Assembly: GCA_028023455.1 (NCBI GenBank)
Contig: JAQFVV010000001.1
Span: 10,416,001 to 10,480,000, forward strand
Length of the DNA stretch: 64,000 bases
Source of the DNA: Epiperipatus broadwayi
Taxonomy: Eukaryota > Animalia > Onychophora
Direction of reading: 5' to 3'
Every line of letters starts with the position of its first letter. Positions within the stretch are counted from its first letter, which is position 1. The position numbers were made by a program, and so were the translations under genes. The notes under the pieces were generated by a model that did no database searches, was not told the origin of the DNA, and saw only the letters and a list, made by a program, of their open reading frames with translations. Of this stretch, positions 58,502 through 64,000 are shown in pieces.

Positions 58502-61500
58502 ACTGGACTGACTTATCATATATATAAAGTTTAATTAAAATTTTGTATTTTATGTACAGACAATATACTAAAATTATTATTACAAATGTACTCTAGAAAA
58601 TTAGCATAATGTTGAAAATCTGGATTTACTATTGAGAAAGTCAATATATGTAAATGGGCCCTCCAACATAGACTGAACCAGATAAATATAACTGGATACA
58701 TTCTATGAGGGAGAGCATTTTATACAATTGTATGAGCAGCAATTGCTCAAGCTTGTAAGCAGAAGGCAGTAAAATAGTCAGACTGATATTCGAAATAAGA
58801 TTATAACATCTGAGTCAAAACTGAAGTAAATGGTACACACAGATAACTTGACTAGTGTTAAATATTTGTGTGTATTAACAGTTTATCATGTGACTAATTA
58901 TTGGAACTGTTTAAAGAAGTTAAAGTGATTTCACTCATTTCATTTTATTATATTCTCAATTATTACCAAGTGAATAATTTTATTTTTATTTTTTTTAGTT
59001 AGTGTTGTCAACTTATTAATCCTATTGCAGATACATATATAGCTGGTAAATCTTAACCCTGTATATAACAGAATGGCATAAGTTGACATATGAATGACAA
59101 TAGGCATCAGTTTATGAAATCTGAAATATGTTTAAGTTATAGTTGATATATAATGAAAACAGTGGAATGGTGTAATTATAAATGATGGCAATGTTGAACA
59201 GTAGTTTTAGCAAGTTTGATATTTACAACATGCTGGCATGCAGAGTTTATGTCATGCAAATCGAACATTATATGCTAATAAATAAAATTGATGAAGTTAA
59301 GACTCAAAATATCTATGCTTTGTTATTTGCTGGCATGGATGTTTTACAAGTCACGAAACAATTGTGGAACCCAAATATTCTTGAGGACATTCCATATAAA
59401 GAGATAAAAGAGAAAATAAATACATATTTAGAGCTGACAACTTTGAAATGGGTATCACATCTGTGTTTTAGGATGGGAAGGCAATTATCTCATGAGTGCT
59501 ATATAGACTATGATAGATCACTTTGTGCACTCACAAAACAATGTCAATTTGTCTCTGAATTAAAGACATGAGGCTTTAACAACTATTGTTTGAAATGTCT
59601 GACAATGGCCTAAAGAAACTTTGCTGAATGAGCCATATGTGAATTATGAGACAATCCTTGGAAAATGTTTGCCATAGAAAGTAATGTTACAAGAAGCATC
59701 AGAATTTCAGATTCAATTGAAGTGCAGGACAACTAGATTCTTGTGAATAAAGCACAGGCTGTAGCTACAAATTCAAAGATGCCAAAGAAACATTTAACCT
59801 GTTAATGCTGCAATGTAAAAGGCTATGTTAAGAAATTTTGTAAATTTAAAATGAAAAATGCAATGTATGTATTAAAAGATATTTATCTCATATCTGCAGA
59901 AACAAAGATAAAGAGTTGTGAAACGCAATTAAGTCTGAACTTTAAATCACAGGAAGACAGATTAAGAGGGGAAAAATCAGTTAACAAGATTAATAATACA
60001 GAGAATGGACATACTGTTTTACACATTATTGTCTGTGAAAGTAAAATTACATTGGAAGTGAAAAGCGGCTGCTGGCCTTTCTTGTTTGATATATAAAGAT
60101 TGGATAAAAATTAATGACAGCAGTTAAAGAAATATGCGGATATTAATGACAGATGTGAATGGCAATAGAATTAACACATGTGGGAAAGTTAATATATCTG
60201 TGAATATTAATAAAAAAGCTATTGTTTTACCATTATAAATTGTGAAGTCCTTTACTAAAAAGGAAATGATTTCATCCACTGGAAATTTGTCTTAATTAAT
60301 TCAGTTGAAAACAGAAGTCAGAAAGATGTTACCCATTTATTTAAGTCAAGATTAGCTGAATTAAAAACACAGATGGTGGATAATAAAATAGTAGGCGATG
60401 CTCAGCCTATAATAAGCAAACAACATAAAATTCCATTGTCTTAAAACCCAAAGTTAACCAGACTATCAAAGATATGGTCAAAAAAGATATTTTGTCTCCA
60501 GTTGAGGGTTTGTTATGAGCTACACCAGTACTTGTAGTTCTGAAACTGGATAGTATTATTCAAATGCATAGAGATTATCATGTTACACTTAATAAATTCA
60601 TTAATAAAGGAGCGTATCCAGTACTAAGTGTATGTGAAGTTTTAGTATCACTTCAGAAGGTATACTTCTTCGCAAAGATTGATATCTGCTTTCCATCAAA
60701 TATCCATTACAAATAGAACTGCTGAATTGCTAACTATCAGTATCCATCTGAGATTTTATAAGTGCAACAAGTTGCCTTGTGGGATTACGGTTATTCCAAA
60801 TGTATTAAGACATGATATTTTAATAACTGCTCAAACAGAAAGTGAACTGGAAATACACATGCTGAATGTTTATTCAGGAACTGGATAAAGTTGGAGCTAG
60901 GATTAAACCTTTTAAATGTATATAGGCTATGTGTAAAATTAAATTTCTTGGCCATGTTATAAACCAGAAAAGAAAATAAAGTTAGAGCTGTCAAAAATGC
61001 TCCAAAGCCTAGGAAAAGAAAAGATTTTCAGGCTTTTTAGAATTGATCAATGACAAATTTCTGTGAGGCAAATCATATGTCCGTACAACATTGTAAGAGC
61101 TACTATATAAAGAACTGCACTGGAAATGGACTAAAGAGCATAATTTAGCTTTGCAGAAAGCAAAAGATTTACTAACATCTAGGCAGTTTCTTGTACATTA
61201 TAACAGCAATCAGGAAATGATTAACACAACCAATGCTTCTGATCTTGGAGCGAGAGCTGTCATTTAACATAACTATTATGGAGGAGAATGCCCTAATGCG
61301 TATACTTCAAAGACTCTGACAGCTGCTGAAAATAATTACAGTCAATTTGACAAAGAAGTCCTGGCTATAATATTTGCTGTTAAAAAGTATCATCAATATG
61401 TGTATGGATGTAAATTCTTAATTTACATGAATCATGATCCATTACTGAATATTTTCAAACACGATAAAAAAACTCCTGAATATCTTCCCAGACAGCATAT

Positions 61501-63300
61501 GATTATGTATTAATTTACAAGCCTGAAAAAAATTAGCCATGCTGATGCTTTATTGCATTTTCCAGATGCTTGTGAACTCCAGAAAAAAGAGTATAGAAGT
61601 AAATAACATTGACACTTGGCAGTCAAAAACTATAAATAGTGCCAAGGTTGAAAAGTGGAGTAATAGTGATCATGAATATAAAAGTTTGAGAAATTGGATT
61701 CGATTTGGGTGGTTTTAAAGTCAACCAAATTATGTTGCAAAACCTATCTGGAATGCTCATGAAAGCCTATTTAGATGCAGTGGCTGTATTATAATAATGC
61801 ATTGAGTGCTCATACCATCAGAAAGTCGAAAGCAAGTACTCAGTTTGCTATATCAAGGACATTCAGACATAGGGTAAATGAAGGCCTTAGTTCATTAATA
61901 TGTTCGGTGGCTTAATTGAAACCAGAAAATAGAACAATAATTAAGAACTATGTTGAGTGCCAATCTATTGCTGATTTGCCTCCAAAGACTTTTGATTCAT
62001 GGGCAAAAGCAATGTCACTGTGCAACATTTACATTTAAACCATGTGGTTCCAATAAACAAATATATCTTCCAAATTTGCAAATGATTCTTATTCCAAATG
62101 AGCAGAATATAAGCTTGTTAAAAGTATGAGTGCAGAGTATACTATTCGTGCCCTAAAAAAGATATTTGCAGGTCATGGTTGTCTAGAAACAATAGTATCA
62201 GACAATGGGTCAGAGTTTACATCACAAGAGTTCCAAAAGTTTTTAGAGATAAAACATATACTCTTATCATCCAGAATCAAATGGTTTAGCTGAAAAGGCA
62301 GTGCAATTATTTGCCAGTGATATTGAACAAAACATCTCATAAGGACATACGTGAAGCTTTGGTTGACACAATGTTTTATCAACATTGCAATCCCATTAAG
62401 TGTCACACACATTTAAAGATGTTACCTGATTACAAAAGTTATTGTTATAATAATTTTGATGTTGAGAAACTTAAAATTGGCAAACTAGTAATTTTTTAAA
62501 AAAAAAATGGTTTCTTGGTGTTGTAATGGCAGTTCCCTCTAAGTATATTTGAGTAGTTAAATTGAATGAATGAAAAATTCTGAAGTGACACATTAATCAT
62601 TTATGATCTTGGCAGAATGAAACAATAGATGCAGATAATGCCAAAATTATGTTACCCAATAAACTGTGGAATTCTAATGAAGAAGAGGAGTGTGTTGTTA
62701 TCTCAGATATATAAAATAATAGAAATGCCCACAGCTAATCAAGCGAATCAACAAAATCCAGTGGAAACGAGTACACAATCCGATGATCAGATTTGTATAT
62801 TTTACTTATATTACAGTTTTGGAGATAAAGCGTTTAAAAGTGTTATATTTTTACAACCAGATCTAGTGGATGTAATGGATAATCAAGAGGAAGAAAGAAT
62901 TTTACCTCCCACCAGATTTGATGACAACCAACAAGATGGAAAGATTATTTTTTGAAACTGAGAAGAGCGGTTTTCTAGAGTGGAGGAGGTGTGGACTGTC
63001 CCAGCGTATATATATAATATAAATAAAATTTTGTATTTTACGTACAGACAATACATAAAATTATTATTGGTACAAGTGTACTCTAGAAAATTAGCATAAA
63101 GCTGAAAATCCGGATTTGATATTGAACAAGGTCAATATATATGTAAATGAACCGTACTATTTAGTTCTGAACTAGATGAATATAACCGGATACATTGTAG
63201 CAGGGAGAGCAGCATTTTATACAATTGTGAGTGCAGCAATTGTGCAACCTTGTAATCAGAAAAGTAATGTGTGTGCTAATCATTGAAGAAGTCAGTGAAA
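58502..63300 (+). mobile_element. Ty3/Gypsy LTR retrotransposon, both LTRs present, internally decayed
   Basis: LTRs ~58502-59070 and 62990-~63300; PBS-like TGGC at 59074; PPT agagtggaggagg 62977-62989; gag, knuckle, protease-like LEVKSG, RT, RNase H (YTSKTLTAAENNYSQFDKEVLAIIFAVKKYHQY), integrase (ETIVSDNGSEFTSQEF). Confidence 0.92.
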
Positions 63301-64000
63301 TGATTAACCTATCAGCTGTCAATTAACATAGAGTTTTACATAGAAACATTGATATTAATAATACTAAAAAAAATTTATAATATATTGTATCGTTTTTCGT
63401 ATTGCTAGACCACTATACGCCCCAAATGTATATTTGAGCGTGAGTTGATCAAACTGTATCAAGAAAAAAAAGAAAGTTGTATTTCTATTCTTAACACAGC
63501 TATTTTTCCTGATCGACTCCGGCCTATTAATTGATTACGAATTTGTACCATAGACATAAATCAACTTTTAATTTTATTTCCTATGGGCGCCAGGATTCCT
63601 AAGAATCCGCTGAAATATGCCGCCAGCACCTCTCGCAAATTGTAAGACAAAGAAAAATTAAAAGATTCTTTTATAATATTTTTGTTTTGGAACGGTAATT
63701 CTACCGTAATGAGAATTAATGATTTTTTTACGATTATTAGCCCTGGCGTATTGAAACATATTGGCAAAGGTAACTTACACTTAAATCCTATTTCACTAAA
63801 ATAAATCTAATAACAAAAATAATAACTTCTATTAATAACGCACAATAAAAAAAAAGTTGATAAAAGTATAATCTCTTTTATTCTAACAAAATAAAACATT
63901 TCTAGGTTAAATATGGTTTGATACTTTGGAGAGAACACATTTAATTTAGGTGGAAAATATATAGAAAATATCAATATCATTTAAAATAAGCAAAAAGTTC

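Overview
Very AT-rich, CpG-depleted eukaryotic DNA, probably from an invertebrate. It looks intronic or intergenic and is dominated by decayed transposons; no complete host gene is recognisable, only short candidate exons. Conventional elements: three RTE-clade LINE copies plus other LINE fragments, a hAT/Charlie(SPIN)-like transposon with TIRs and 8-bp TSD, a decayed Ty3/Gypsy element with both LTRs, Penelope-like RT and GIY-YIG remnants, tRNA-derived SINEs, a retroposed tRNA-Gly(TCC), a probable piggyBac-like element, several fold-back elements and tandem repeats. The most notable signal is a set of type I hammerhead-ribozyme (HHR) elements. Two apparently unrelated non-coding ~400-450 nt repeat families (27.2-28.5 and 31.4-32.2 kb; 52.2-53.4 kb) carry near-canonical HHRs in tandem-plus-inverted arrays and can fold as rods (retrozyme/viroid-like circRNA candidates). 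A third, tRNA-headed family has a degenerate HHR, there is a solitary HHR at 49.0 kb, and decayed Penelope enzymes that could mobilise these elements lie in the same window. All calls are by eye; no searches or folding programs were run.
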